Source of the DNA: an uncultured Desulfobacteraceae bacterium
GTDB taxonomy: Bacteria > Desulfobacterota > DSM-4660 > Desulfatiglandales > HGW-15
Assembly (NCBI GenBank): GCA_964418945.1
Contig: CAYQNR010000001.1
Span: 13,414 to 77,413, forward strand
Reading direction: 5' to 3'
Length of the DNA stretch: 64,000 nt
Shown here: positions 48,330 through 58,005 of the stretch, piece by piece
Layout of the letters: each line of letters opens with the position of its first letter
How positions within the stretch are numbered: the first letter of the stretch is position 1
Position numbers and translations under genes: made by a program
The notes under the pieces: generated by a model
What the model saw: the letters and a program-made list of their open reading frames with translations, nothing else
What the model was told of the DNA's origin: nothing
The model's database searches: none

Positions 48330-49207
48330 TGGCTTTCAAAGAAGCCCTAGAAAGCGGAAAATTTGTAATTACCACAGAAATCGGTCCCTTAAAGGGAACA
48401 GACATATCGGAAATTGTAGAACTGGCAAAGATCCTTAAGGGAAAAGTGGACGGGATAAATGTAACTGATCAGCAAAGCGCTGTAATGAGACTGGGATCAC
48501 TTGCAGTATGCTCCATACTGGTGAAAAAGGGGGTAGATCCTGTATTCCAGATGACGTGCCGTGATAGAAACAGGATTGCACTTCAGTCCGATCTACTCAG
48601 TGCATCTGTTCTGGGAATCAAAAACCTCTTGGTTATTTCAGGTGATTATCCCACTCTGGGAGATCACATCGATGCCAAAGACGTCTATGACCTTGACACA
48701 GAGCAATTGATCTGGACAGTCAACCGCATGAACCAGGGCTATGACCTAACCGGCAATGAACTTCAAGGTAAAACTGATTTTTTGGTAGGGGCCGTGGTAA
48801 AACCAGTATCTGATACAAGTGAATCCTTCGAGCTCCAACTTACCATGATGGAAAAAAAGATTAGTCTTGGCGCACGGTTTTTCCAGACGCAAGCCGTTTA
48901 CGACGTTGAGGCATTTGAGAGATTTATGAAACAGGCGGCACAGTTCAAGATACCTGTTTTGGCAGGAGTTATCCCTCTGAAATCCGCTGGTATGGCACGG
49001 TACATGAACAAGAATGTGTCCGGCGTATTCGTTCCTGATCATATGATCGAGGATATGGTCAATGCAAAAGATAAGACAGCAACTGGATTGGAGATCGCTG
49101 CCCGTCTTTTAAGAGAACTCCGGGAACTCAGCCAGGGGGTCCATATAATGGCAATCGGCTGGGAGAAAAAGGTTCCGGATATTTTAAGGCTTGCCGACTT
49201 AGGCTGA
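48329..49207 (+). CDS. metF: Methylenetetrahydrofolate reductase (MetF family)
   Basis: The TIM-barrel MTHFR pattern (EIGP..G, VTD, CRDRNRIALQSDLL, FFQTQAVYD) and coupling to metV. Confidence 0.85.
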   Translation: MAFKEALESGKFVITTEIGPLKGTDISEIVELAKILKGKVDGINVTDQQSAVMRLGSLAVCSILVKKGVDPVFQMTCRDRNRIALQSDLLSASVLGIKNLLVISGDYPTLGDHIDAKDVYDLDTEQLIWTVNRMNQGYDLTGNELQGKTDFLVGAVVKPVSDTSESFELQLTMMEKKISLGARFFQTQAVYDVEAFERFMKQAAQFKIPVLAGVIPLKSAGMARYMNKNVSGVFVPDHMIEDMVNAKDKTATGLEIAARLLRELRELSQGVHIMAIGWEKKVPDILRLADLG

Positions 49208-49310
49208 TGGAGAACAAGAAAGATGTTGATCATACCCCTTATAGAATATTTAGGTATCTTCTTGAATCCCTTATTCTCTTGCGGCATTCCTGCATGGAGA
49301 CTCTGATTCT

Positions 49311-49778
49311 ATGATACAGAACAAGGTAGTTATACTTGGCGTTGGAAATCTGATCCTCAAGGACGAGGGCGTGGGAATTCATATAATAAAGGAAATGAAA
49401 AACAAGAAACTGCCGGTAGGAGTTGCGGCTCTCGATGCTGGTACTGCTGCCTTGGATCTTTTATCAGTCATCTGTGAGAGTGAGAAAATCATAGTTATCG
49501 ATGCCTTGAGGTCAGGTGGAGAGCCTGGCACTGTCTACCGCTGCCTTCCCGGGGAGCTTGTGGACACTGACAAGGAATCTCTCTCCCTTCATGAAGTTGA
49601 TCTTTTAGATGTTCTGCTCATGGCACGGCAGCTTGGCGGACATGCCTGTGTTGTCATTATAGGAGTCGAACCTAAAGAGATTGAATACGGACTGGAACTC
49701 ACCCCTAAGGTAAAGGCGGCAGTTCCAAGGGTTTTACAGGCGATTTTTGAGGAACTTAAGGAAATGGGATATGCATGA
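49311..49778 (+). CDS. Hydrogenase maturation endopeptidase (HyaD/HybD/HycI family)
   Basis: VILGVGNLILKDEGVGIH, DAGT and SLHEV motifs. 155 aa. Confidence 0.85.
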   Translation: MIQNKVVILGVGNLILKDEGVGIHIIKEMKNKKLPVGVAALDAGTAALDLLSVICESEKIIVIDALRSGGEPGTVYRCLPGELVDTDKESLSLHEVDLLDVLLMARQLGGHACVVIIGVEPKEIEYGLELTPKVKAAVPRVLQAIFEELKEMGYA

Positions 49779-50121
49779 ATTCGGGATAGTACAGAGTCTC
49801 CTGGAGATTGTTGAACAGGAAGCCCTCCCATACAAAGGGGCAAGGATTGCTAAGGTTACAGTGCAAATTGGGACGTTGAGTGGAGCAATGCCGGATGCCC
49901 TGAGATTTGCCTTTGAGGTTCTCAGGAAGGGAGGCATAGCGGAAGACAGCTCACTCGAGATAGAGGAAATACCATTAAAGATACAATGTCATCAGTGTGG
50001 GAAGGCCGCTATTCTAACGGATCCTTTCTTGATATGTCCATATTGCGAAAATATAGACGTAGAGATACTAACTGGAAGAGAGTTACAGATAAAAAACATG
50101 GAGATAGAAAATGGAAATTAA
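49771..50121 (+). CDS. hypA: Hydrogenase nickel incorporation protein HypA
   Basis: Begins MHEFGIV (the MHE nickel site) and has CxxC...CxxC zinc motifs (CHQCG, CPYCE). Start reset to the ATG at 49771. Confidence 0.9.
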   Translation: MHEFGIVQSLLEIVEQEALPYKGARIAKVTVQIGTLSGAMPDALRFAFEVLRKGGIAEDSSLEIEEIPLKIQCHQCGKAAILTDPFLICPYCENIDVEILTGRELQIKNMEIENGN

Positions 50122-50770
50122 GGTAGTCAGGAATATCCTCGAGGCAAATGAGGTAATAGCTTCTCAAAGCAGGAAGCTCTTTGCCGAGAAAGGTATTTAT
50201 GCTCTTAACCTGATGGGAAGCCCTGGAGCGGGCAAGACGACACTCCTTGAAAAAACAATAGAATATTTAAAAGATAAAAATCATATTGCAGTGATAGAGG
50301 GAGACGTAGCTACCTCACGGGATGCGGAACGTATTGCCCAGCATGGCATTCCTGCTTTGCAGATAAACACAGGGGGGGCATGCCACCTTGACGGGAACAT
50401 GGTGCACGGAGTCCTGGATGAGTTTGATTTAGACCGGGTAGACCTTCTTATCGTAGAAAATGTAGGAAACCTTGTGTGCCCCGCAGAGTTTAACATCGGT
50501 GAGAATGATAAGGTAATGATCCTCTCTGTTACGGAAGGTGATGATAAACCGAAGAAATATCCCCTTATGTTTCAGGTTTCCACTGTATTGCTATTGAACA
50601 AGATCGACCTTCTCCCCTATGTGGATTTTGACATGGAGCGATTCCAGAGTGATGCCCTCAAGGTCAACCCAAAACTGAAAATCATGACTCTATCCTGCAC
50701 AACAGGTGAAGGGTTTGATGACTGGTTGAACTGGATTGAGGACAGAAAACAAATAGCAAGGGTGAAATAA
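50111..50770 (+). CDS. hypB: Hydrogenase nickel-insertion GTPase HypB
   Basis: GSPGAGKTT P-loop, the CH motif GGACHLD, ENVGNLVCPA and NKIDL. Confidence 0.92.
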   Translation: MEIKVVRNILEANEVIASQSRKLFAEKGIYALNLMGSPGAGKTTLLEKTIEYLKDKNHIAVIEGDVATSRDAERIAQHGIPALQINTGGACHLDGNMVHGVLDEFDLDRVDLLIVENVGNLVCPAEFNIGENDKVMILSVTEGDDKPKKYPLMFQVSTVLLLNKIDLLPYVDFDMERFQSDALKVNPKLKIMTLSCTTGEGFDDWLNWIEDRKQIARVK

Positions 50771-53034
50771 TGGAGTCTGTCAGGGCCTGTGTACAGGTAA
50801 AAGGTGTTGTTCAGGGTGTGGGGTTCCGCCCTTTTGTGTACGACCTGGCAAAAGAGAATGATCTTAAGGGCTGGGTCCTTAATGATGAAAAAGGGGTTAT
50901 GATAGAGATAGAAGGGCAAAAAGAGAGAGTGAAGAACTTTCTAACAGGCCTCTCTTCCCCTCCTCCTATTGCCCGAATAGAAAATACTGCCATCCTTTAT
51001 GAAGCTCCTTTGGGCTATAGCGACTTTGAGATAAAAACCAGCGAAAATGGCGAAGACAAATGTGTTTTGGTCTCTCCTGATATTGCAACATGCCAGGATT
51101 GCCTGGATGAGCTTTTTGATCCCCACAATCCTCGCTTTTACTATCCCTTCATCAACTGCACAAACTGCGGTCCTCGGTTTACTATTATTACCAATGTTCC
51201 CTATGACAGGGCTAATACTACCATGTCACCTTTCAAAATGTGTCCGATGTGCAGCAGCGAGTATCACAATCCAGCGGATAGACGTTTCCATGCGCAACCA
51301 AACGCCTGTCCTGAGTGCGGGCCTGCTCTACAGCTATTTTCTAACGATAGTAATCTGATTAAAACCCATGACCCGCTCAGAGAGGCAATTACCTTACTTA
51401 AAAGAGGCGCAATTATAGCCATCAAAGGGATTGGAGGATTCCATATTGCCTGTGATGCTACTAAGGAGAATGTGGTTGCAGGTCTCCGCGCAAGAAAATA
51501 TAGAGAAGACAAACCATTTGCCCTTATGTGCAGGGATATGGGGGTAGTTAAAAGTCTCTGTGTGGTCGATGATCTCTCAAGTGATCTCCTTGCCAGCAAG
51601 GAAAGACCCATTGTTATTCTCCCCAGAAAAAGAGATGCAAGAATAGCCTCATCCGTCGCCCCTTTTCAGAAAACCCTCGGGGTAATGCTTCCTTACACCC
51701 CGCTTCACCATCTTCTTTTTGATCAACAAGTTCGTGTCCTTGTTATGACAAGTGGAAATGTAAGCGATGAACCAATCGTCTATGGCAATAAAGAGGCGTT
51801 TTCGCGGCTTTGTACTATTGCAGATTTCTTTTTGGTGCATGATAGAGAAATCTATACACGATGCGATGACTCGGTGGTCAAACCCTTAGGGGAAACTAAA
51901 GTGTTTTTCAGGAGGTCTCGAGGATTTGCCCCATTTCCCATCAAACTTAACAAAAATGGAAAGCATATCCTGGCCTGTGGAGCAGATATGAAAAACACAT
52001 TCTGCCTTACAAAAGATGACTATGCATTTATGAGCCAGCATATAGGGGATATGGAGAATTTTGAAACACTGAGATCCTTTGAACAAGGCATAGATTTATT
52101 CAAAAAAATGTTTCAGATAGAGCCGGAGCTCATTGTACATGATCTTCATCCAGACTATTTTTCAACCAGCTGTGCGTATGGACTTGATGTACCCAAAACA
52201 GGAATTCAACATCATTTTGCCCATGCACTCAGCTGTATGGCGGAATATGGCGCCAAAGGCCCCTGTTTGGCAATAATCATGGACGGAACAGGATATGGAG
52301 AAGATGGCTGTATCTGGGGCGGAGAATTCTTAGAGGTAAATGTTCAGGAATACAAACGCTTGGGGCATCTGAGATACATACCCCTGCCGGGAGGGGATAA
52401 GGCCGTACAGGAGCCGTGGAGAATGGCGGCCATATACCTCGAAAGGATTTATGGACGATTGGAGGGACTTTCTATACCCTTTTTAAAGGAAATTGACCTT
52501 GAGAGATGGAGCCAGATACGATTGGCCGTGAAGTCTCATATAAACTCACCCTTATGTTCAAGTACGGGAAGACTTTTTGATGCAGTGAGTGCAATCTTAG
52601 GTATCAGGATGACCGTAAACTATGAGGGACAGGCTGCAATAGAATTGGAGCAGATTGCAGAGGAAGGGGAAGAGGGTGAGTATCCATTTAAAGTCCTCAA
52701 TGAAAATGGAAGCATGATCTGGGACCCGGATCCGATTATAGAAGCTATTGTGGAGGATTTGAAAAGAAAGGAAAGCCCGGCCGTCATATCCGCCCGGTTC
52801 CATAATTCCATAGTCCGGGTCTTATCTCGAACGGCAAGAAGGATGCGGCAGGGAACAGGGCTTCGCGACATCTTTTTGAGCGGAGGAGTTTTTCAGAATA
52901 CGCTTATCCTAGGTAAGGCACGAGATATCCTGAAAGAGGACGGCTTTAAGGTGCATATCCACCAAAAAGTACCCCCAAATGATGGAGGTATATCCCTTGG
53001 ACAGGCCTTTTATGGTGTTAATCTTGTTGATTAG
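50770..53034 (+). CDS. hypF: Carbamoyltransferase HypF
   Basis: Acylphosphatase N-domain (VQGVGFRPFV), two CxxC-N18-CxxC zinc fingers, then YrdC-like and Kae1-like domains. 754 aa. Confidence 0.93.
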   Translation: MESVRACVQVKGVVQGVGFRPFVYDLAKENDLKGWVLNDEKGVMIEIEGQKERVKNFLTGLSSPPPIARIENTAILYEAPLGYSDFEIKTSENGEDKCVLVSPDIATCQDCLDELFDPHNPRFYYPFINCTNCGPRFTIITNVPYDRANTTMSPFKMCPMCSSEYHNPADRRFHAQPNACPECGPALQLFSNDSNLIKTHDPLREAITLLKRGAIIAIKGIGGFHIACDATKENVVAGLRARKYREDKPFALMCRDMGVVKSLCVVDDLSSDLLASKERPIVILPRKRDARIASSVAPFQKTLGVMLPYTPLHHLLFDQQVRVLVMTSGNVSDEPIVYGNKEAFSRLCTIADFFLVHDREIYTRCDDSVVKPLGETKVFFRRSRGFAPFPIKLNKNGKHILACGADMKNTFCLTKDDYAFMSQHIGDMENFETLRSFEQGIDLFKKMFQIEPELIVHDLHPDYFSTSCAYGLDVPKTGIQHHFAHALSCMAEYGAKGPCLAIIMDGTGYGEDGCIWGGEFLEVNVQEYKRLGHLRYIPLPGGDKAVQEPWRMAAIYLERIYGRLEGLSIPFLKEIDLERWSQIRLAVKSHINSPLCSSTGRLFDAVSAILGIRMTVNYEGQAAIELEQIAEEGEEGEYPFKVLNENGSMIWDPDPIIEAIVEDLKRKESPAVISARFHNSIVRVLSRTARRMRQGTGLRDIFLSGGVFQNTLILGKARDILKEDGFKVHIHQKVPPNDGGISLGQAFYGVNLVD

Positions 53035-53060
53035 GATATCGTTTGCAGCCTAAATTAATA

Positions 53061-53182
53061 GGTTCATCAGGTTAATGAGTACGGAAAGGATTTTATATAA
53101 ATACTTGGTTCGGCCCATGGGCCGAACATCACCAATCTTGCTATAGTTTTATCATTAAGCGCACTCATTTGCCGGATGATCC
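53061..53182 (+). mobile_element. MITE-like element, copy H (minimal 122-bp form, empty central site)
   Basis: GGTTCATCAGGTTAATGAGTACGG ... GCGCACTCATTTGCCGGATGATCC around the 20-bp palindrome GTTCGGCCCATGGGCCGAAC. It lies between hypF and hypC. Confidence 0.85.
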
Positions 53183-53247
53183 ATTAATATAGACCAGCTA
53201 TGTACCATGATTCTAATTGAGAACAGGAGATAATAAGGAGATTGCCT

Positions 53248-53478
53248 ATGTGCTTGGGTGTGCCGGGAAATATAGTTTCAATAGAAGGAGATCTTGCCGA
53301 TGTCAACTTTGGTGGCGTAATAAGAAGGGTAAGCCTGATGTTATGCAATGACGTCAAAATAGGCGATTATGTCCTCGTTCATGTAGGTTTTGCTATCCAG
53401 AGATTGGAGAAGGAGGATGCCCTGGAGACATTGCGGCTGTTTGAGGAGATCGAGAAGGCTCACCATGCATCAACGTAA
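53248..53478 (+). CDS. hypC: Hydrogenase assembly chaperone HypC
   Basis: Begins MCLGVPG, with the essential Cys2. The ATG at 53248 is preferred over the upstream TTG. Confidence 0.9.
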   Translation: MCLGVPGNIVSIEGDLADVNFGGVIRRVSLMLCNDVKIGDYVLVHVGFAIQRLEKEDALETLRLFEEIEKAHHAST

Positions 53479-54547
53479 CAGTTCATATAAAGCCGATGTC
53501 ACCACTGCCATAATCAGGGAGATCTCAAGACTTGCCAATAGACCCTTCCGTTTCATGGAGGTGTGCGGCACACATACCGTATCCATCTTTAGATCAGGGA
53601 TAAGGTCTCTTCTGCCCAAAGAAATAGAACTTGTATCCGGCCCCGGCTGTCCTGTATGTGTAACGCCTGTAGGAGAGATTGATAGGGCCATTTCTATGGC
53701 TGCACTAAAGGATGTAACCCTGTTGACATTCGGCGATTTGATGAAAGTACCGGGCACTTATTCATCTCTTTCTGACGAGAGGGCAAAGGGCAAGGACATC
53801 AGGGTAATAACCTCACCTTTAGATGCCCTGGAGGTTGCCATAAGAGAACCAGATCGAAGGATAGTCTTTTTTGGTGTAGGCTTTGAAACCACCTCCCCCG
53901 CTATTGCCGCTTCCGTCAAAGAGGCAAAGGCAAGGAGAATATCCAATTTTTATTTGCTTTCTTGTCAAAGGCTCATTCCCCCGGCGATGAAGACCTTGCT
54001 CTCTTCAGGAAACACCAAAATAGACGGTTTTATTCTTCCGGGTCATGTTAGCGTAATCATTGGAAAGCGACCGTATTCCTTTATTTCCGATAGATTTTCC
54101 CTCACGGGAGTAATTACCGGATTTGAGGCTCTCGATATTCTGGAGGGCATATACATGCTTCTTCGCCAGCATAAAGAGGGTAGATCTGACATAGAGGTCC
54201 AGTATAAAAGGGCGGTAAAACAAGAGGGAAATACTCTGGCACTTAAGATAATGGAAGAAGTATTCAAACCTGTCAGTGCCCGCTGGAGAGGTCTGGGTAT
54301 TATCCCCGAGAGCGGCATGGCACTCAGGGAGGGATTCAATAGAATGGACGCGACAGCGGCCTTTGATATTCCATATGAAGACAAGCCGGACCCTCCGGGT
54401 TGTCTTTGTGGTGAGATTCTTCAAGGAATCAAGCTCCCTCGGGAATGTTCTCTCTTTGGGACGCGATGTGTCCCGCAGGATCCCGTAGGTCCTTGTATGG
54501 TCTCCTCTGAGGGGAGCTGTGCAGCTTTTTACAGATACGGTGGTTAA
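53465..54547 (+). CDS. hypD: Hydrogenase maturation factor HypD
   Basis: MEVCGTHT, GPGCPVCVTP, FFGVGFETT and a C-terminal Cys cluster. Start reset to the ATG at 53465, overlapping hypC. Confidence 0.9.
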   Translation: MHQRNSSYKADVTTAIIREISRLANRPFRFMEVCGTHTVSIFRSGIRSLLPKEIELVSGPGCPVCVTPVGEIDRAISMAALKDVTLLTFGDLMKVPGTYSSLSDERAKGKDIRVITSPLDALEVAIREPDRRIVFFGVGFETTSPAIAASVKEAKARRISNFYLLSCQRLIPPAMKTLLSSGNTKIDGFILPGHVSVIIGKRPYSFISDRFSLTGVITGFEALDILEGIYMLLRQHKEGRSDIEVQYKRAVKQEGNTLALKIMEEVFKPVSARWRGLGIIPESGMALREGFNRMDATAAFDIPYEDKPDPPGCLCGEILQGIKLPRECSLFGTRCVPQDPVGPCMVSSEGSCAAFYRYGG

Positions 54548-54548
54548 A

Positions 54549-55559
54549 ATGAAGGGCAAAAATATCTTACTTGCGCATGGGGCAGGCGGAAAACTGAGTC
54601 ATGACATTGTCAGGGAGGTATTTTTGCCTTTTCTTGAAAACCAGTTTCTTTCCCCCCTTGACGACAGCGCCGTCCTCCCTATTGAAAGATCCAGACTTGC
54701 ATTTACCACAGATGCTTATGTAGTTAAACCCCTTTTCTTTCCAGGCGGAGACATAGGAAGGCTTTCCATCTGCGGGACGGTCAATGATCTTGCTATGGTT
54801 GGAGCCAGGCCCTTAGGGATTTCCGCCTCTTTTATATTGGAAGAAGGGTTTCCTGTGGAGGATCTCAAGAGGCTGCTCTCCTCGATAAAGAACGCGGCTC
54901 TGGAGGCCGAGGTAAAGGTGGTTACGGGGGATACAAAGGTGGTTGAGCATGGAGCAACGGAGGGCCTTTTTATTTCAACATCCGGGGTGGGGATTATACC
55001 TGAAGGAGTTGATATGAAAAGCTCTCGCGCTTCCCCCGGGGATATTATCATTATCAATGGCTCTATCGGGGATCATGAGATAGGTGTCCTCCTGGCAAGG
55101 GGAGAATTTTCTTTAAAAGGACAGATAAAAAGTGATTGCGCACCCCTAAGCAACCTTGTTCAAAAAATGTTAAAGGAATGCCCCGATATTCATGTTATGA
55201 GGGACCCTACCAGAGGTGGCCTTGGGACCGTGTTGTGGGAAATCGCAAATGCATCTGATGTTGGCGTTATTGTCGATGAGGAAAAGATAATAGTAAGTGA
55301 AGGGGTAAAAGGAGTATGCGACCTGCTGGGATTTGATCCCTATTATCTGGCCAATGAAGGAAAGCTTGTGGCCTTTGTTCCCCAGAAATATGCTGAAAGA
55401 ATTCTTGAGGTAATGAAGGCTGACCCTTTGGGCAAAGACTCAGTTATTATAGGCAGGGTGGTTGGCGAAAACAGAAGAAAGGTCCTTCTTAAAACAAATA
55501 TAGGAGGCCATAGGCTTCTTGAGCCCCTGAGCAGCGTCCAGTTTCCTAGGATTTGTTGA
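54549..55559 (+). CDS. hypE: Carbamoyl dehydratase HypE
   Basis: AHGAGG N-terminus, the PurM-like fold and the terminal ...PRIC cysteine motif. Start reset to the ATG at 54549. Confidence 0.92.
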   Translation: MKGKNILLAHGAGGKLSHDIVREVFLPFLENQFLSPLDDSAVLPIERSRLAFTTDAYVVKPLFFPGGDIGRLSICGTVNDLAMVGARPLGISASFILEEGFPVEDLKRLLSSIKNAALEAEVKVVTGDTKVVEHGATEGLFISTSGVGIIPEGVDMKSSRASPGDIIIINGSIGDHEIGVLLARGEFSLKGQIKSDCAPLSNLVQKMLKECPDIHVMRDPTRGGLGTVLWEIANASDVGVIVDEEKIIVSEGVKGVCDLLGFDPYYLANEGKLVAFVPQKYAERILEVMKADPLGKDSVIIGRVVGENRRKVLLKTNIGGHRLLEPLSSVQFPRIC

Positions 55560-55703
55560 ATGGGACGGTCATTGTTATAACGTTTAAGTGTGTCATTTCA
55601 TCATCAGGTTGGGCAGCCATGTCGCCAGAGCAGGATAGAACAAAACAATAATCTTTACGACAAGACTTGCTATGCAGTACGGAATAGCACCTCGATATAT
55701 TAA

Positions 55704-55946
55704 TTACTTTTCAGTATCATCTGCATCCTCTAACTCCTTAAAACGGTCGGACTGTTGATTCCGGATTTCTCCTATGTGCCTTTCCATTACCTTCATTTGC
55801 TCCACTTTCTTCTTCCCGCTAAATTGCTCCACCGTATTATCCACCTCCTCTCGGGTGTCAGAGCCCTTGCATCCGGTGAATGTCAGAAAAGCCAGAACAA
55901 GTCCCATTACTATGGTCTTACCATTTAAGCAAATTATCCTGAGCAT
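55704..55946 (-). CDS. Small lipoprotein (80 aa)
   Basis: Signal peptide with lipobox LTFTGC, followed by a charged mature part. Confidence 0.5.
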   Translation of the reverse strand: MLRIICLNGKTIVMGLVLAFLTFTGCKGSDTREEVDNTVEQFSGKKKVEQMKVMERHIGEIRNQQSDRFKELEDADDTEK

Positions 55947-56021
55947 GATTTTCTCCTCTTATATAAAGTTCTATCACCCTTTTTGGAAGCATATGAGGAT
56001 TAAGAATCCGGACCTTCCTTT

Positions 56022-56444
56022 TCATTTATTTTTCATGGCCTTGTGCTCTGACTGCAATTCGGTAAGCAGATACTTTAGCGGCCATTTTTCGGAAACCGGG
56101 GTCAGGGTTGCCCATATCTGAGGAACAAACCCGGCCTTTTTATAGCTACCCATCAGATTGTGTAGTTCGTCCTGGGTCACTCCGGACATTACTACAGCCC
56201 TCGGCATATCTGACTCTTCCCAAGACCCGACCTCGTCCTCACGGGTCAGGATATCCCCTACCCCCGTCCCCAGATCACGAGAGGAAGCAAAAACGACCGG
56301 TGTACCGGCAAGTCCTGCATCTTCTATTATCTTGAGAAAACCGGACCGCTCCTCTACACCATAGCCGCAAACCAGCAATCCCCTGGGTCCGTGCATACGT
56401 TCTTTCGATCTCCCTATCTTTGTAAATCTTCCTTTATGCTTCAT
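56022..56444 (-). CDS. DUF3783-like protein
   Basis: The pattern LLVCGYG...AVVMSGVTQDELHNLMGSYKKAG...ATLTPVSEKWPLKYLLTELQSEH matches my recollection of DUF3783. The start is uncertain, between 56396 and 56504. Confidence 0.45.
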   Translation of the reverse strand: MKHKGRFTKIGRSKERMHGPRGLLVCGYGVEERSGFLKIIEDAGLAGTPVVFASSRDLGTGVGDILTREDEVGSWEESDMPRAVVMSGVTQDELHNLMGSYKKAGFVPQIWATLTPVSEKWPLKYLLTELQSEHKAMKNK

Positions 56445-56550
56445 ATCCCTGCCTTTCTGCTTTTGCCTGTAACCATAAACCATATATATATCACAACGCT
56501 GCACCTTGCGCCTTGTGCCGTTTGCATTTCTTTTCCCTATAGACTCTATG

Positions 56551-57093
56551 CTAATTTGAGCCCTTCCAGGACCTGTATTTCATGAGTTCTTCACCCATGG
56601 AATTCAGGATTGTGGTCAATACGGCGATATCGTCTACAAATCCTACCAGAGGGATAAAATCAGGTATAAGGTCAATGGGCAGTATAAAATAAAGCAGTCC
56701 GCCACCTATAATTCCCAGATTGACCGGATGGAGCTTATATCTACCGTTTACAGCGTCCTTAAAAAGATAGTAAAGCTCCTTCACATCCTCGACCATACCC
56801 TTTAATATATTGGCTGCCGCATGGATCTTTCCTGAAAAAGAGCTGTCATTGACATAATGCTCAAAACTCCTTCCCTTGGAAAAGCGGAGTATCCTGTCAT
56901 AGTGTTTTTTTTGTTCGGGATCAGAAAGCATACCGTATGCGATGTTAAGCACCTTTGTCATCTCTTCAGCCTCTTCTTGGCGAAGAGGATTCTTATCGGG
57001 ATGCCATTCCTTCACTCTTTCCCGATAGGCCTGCTTGATTTCTTCGGGCCCCGCTTTTGGCTCAACACCCAATAATTCATAATAATTCATCAT
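56551..57093 (-). CDS. J-domain protein with C-terminal DUF1232/YkvA-like membrane domain
   Basis: YYELLGV...HPDKN J-domain. The C-terminal YFILPIDLIPDFIPLVGFVDD is typical of DUF1232. Confidence 0.75.
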   Translation of the reverse strand: MMNYYELLGVEPKAGPEEIKQAYRERVKEWHPDKNPLRQEEAEEMTKVLNIAYGMLSDPEQKKHYDRILRFSKGRSFEHYVNDSSFSGKIHAAANILKGMVEDVKELYYLFKDAVNGRYKLHPVNLGIIGGGLLYFILPIDLIPDFIPLVGFVDDIAVLTTILNSMGEELMKYRSWKGSN

Positions 57094-57219
57094 TTTATGT
57101 TGTCCGTCCCTTCCTTATCCTTCCCTGTTATCGATATCAGTTATATCTTCAGAGCCATGATCCCTCATTACTGTCCACTATCCCCTTTTAATTTCCTATC
57201 CCTGAGCCAATCCAGCAGG

Positions 57220-57909
57220 CTAGCCCACATCCATTAATATCTCTTTAGCCTTTGGCCCGCAATTGAAAAGCAGGTCGAAAGAAGAAAGATTGGGAATGAA
57301 ATCCCCCCAAAGCTGGGGGTAAATCGGGACAGGTGTATTAAAGAATTCGGGCGTGACACCGGCCTCAGAAAAAAGAGAAGTATCCATGAATTTCTTTGCC
57401 GAACTCTGGGCCAGGAATGTCCCTGCTTTCGCCTGCGCGCACAGCTCAAGGATAAGCCGGTCTCCCTGTTCATCAATATTCAGTTCAGAAAGAAGCATGA
57501 CCCGTGTATCGATATTCAGATTTGTCATCAGATAACGTATAATAGAAAGATTGAGATCCACAAGTCTTTCAAACTTTTTAAAAAATGTGCCCTCAAGAAA
57601 AGCCATGTGCTCCTTGAAATAGGGGGCATTTTGATAGGCGTTTTTCAAGCTGGCAACATGTTTTTTTGCCCAACGACCTTGGCGATCAATCATGACCTGA
57701 TCGATCCTTTGCAGACCCAGACCTTTCTTCCGCACCGGGATTGTTATCCACAATGTCCCCTGATCGTTTTTAAAGCGGTTCCGGCTCACCCAAGTAGTTC
57801 CCCTGGGGAACTGGACCCGGTCGAGGATCACGAAGATATCCGAACGGAAGATTTTATAAAAAAACCCGGGAAAAGGCGCAAAATACGGCTGACTGACACT
57901 CAGGATCAT
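57220..57909 (-). CDS. WbqC-family protein
   Basis: The N-terminus MILSVSQPYFAPFPGFFYKI and overall length resemble the WbqC-like family (PF08889). Based on recollection only. Confidence 0.55.
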   Translation of the reverse strand: MILSVSQPYFAPFPGFFYKIFRSDIFVILDRVQFPRGTTWVSRNRFKNDQGTLWITIPVRKKGLGLQRIDQVMIDRQGRWAKKHVASLKNAYQNAPYFKEHMAFLEGTFFKKFERLVDLNLSIIRYLMTNLNIDTRVMLLSELNIDEQGDRLILELCAQAKAGTFLAQSSAKKFMDTSLFSEAGVTPEFFNTPVPIYPQLWGDFIPNLSSFDLLFNCGPKAKEILMDVG

Positions 57910-58005
57910 ATATTAATTGAATTTAACGAAACGTTGACTCCAAAACAACTTCAAACTGGAAGATACAATTGGACTAGGAGGACTGTAGGATTGCCCCTCG
58001 AAGGT

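Noticed and set aside
10435-53182. Whether the dispersed repeats could be a CRISPR array
   Set aside because: The copies are kilobases apart, 120-560 bp long and internally palindromic. They occur in both orientations and are separated by housekeeping genes. There is no short regular repeat-spacer periodicity and no cas genes.
57744-57752. Perfect DnaA-box TTATCCACA
   Set aside because: It is a single occurrence inside the WbqC-family coding sequence. No cluster of boxes, AT-rich unwinding element or dnaA/dnaN neighbourhood is present.
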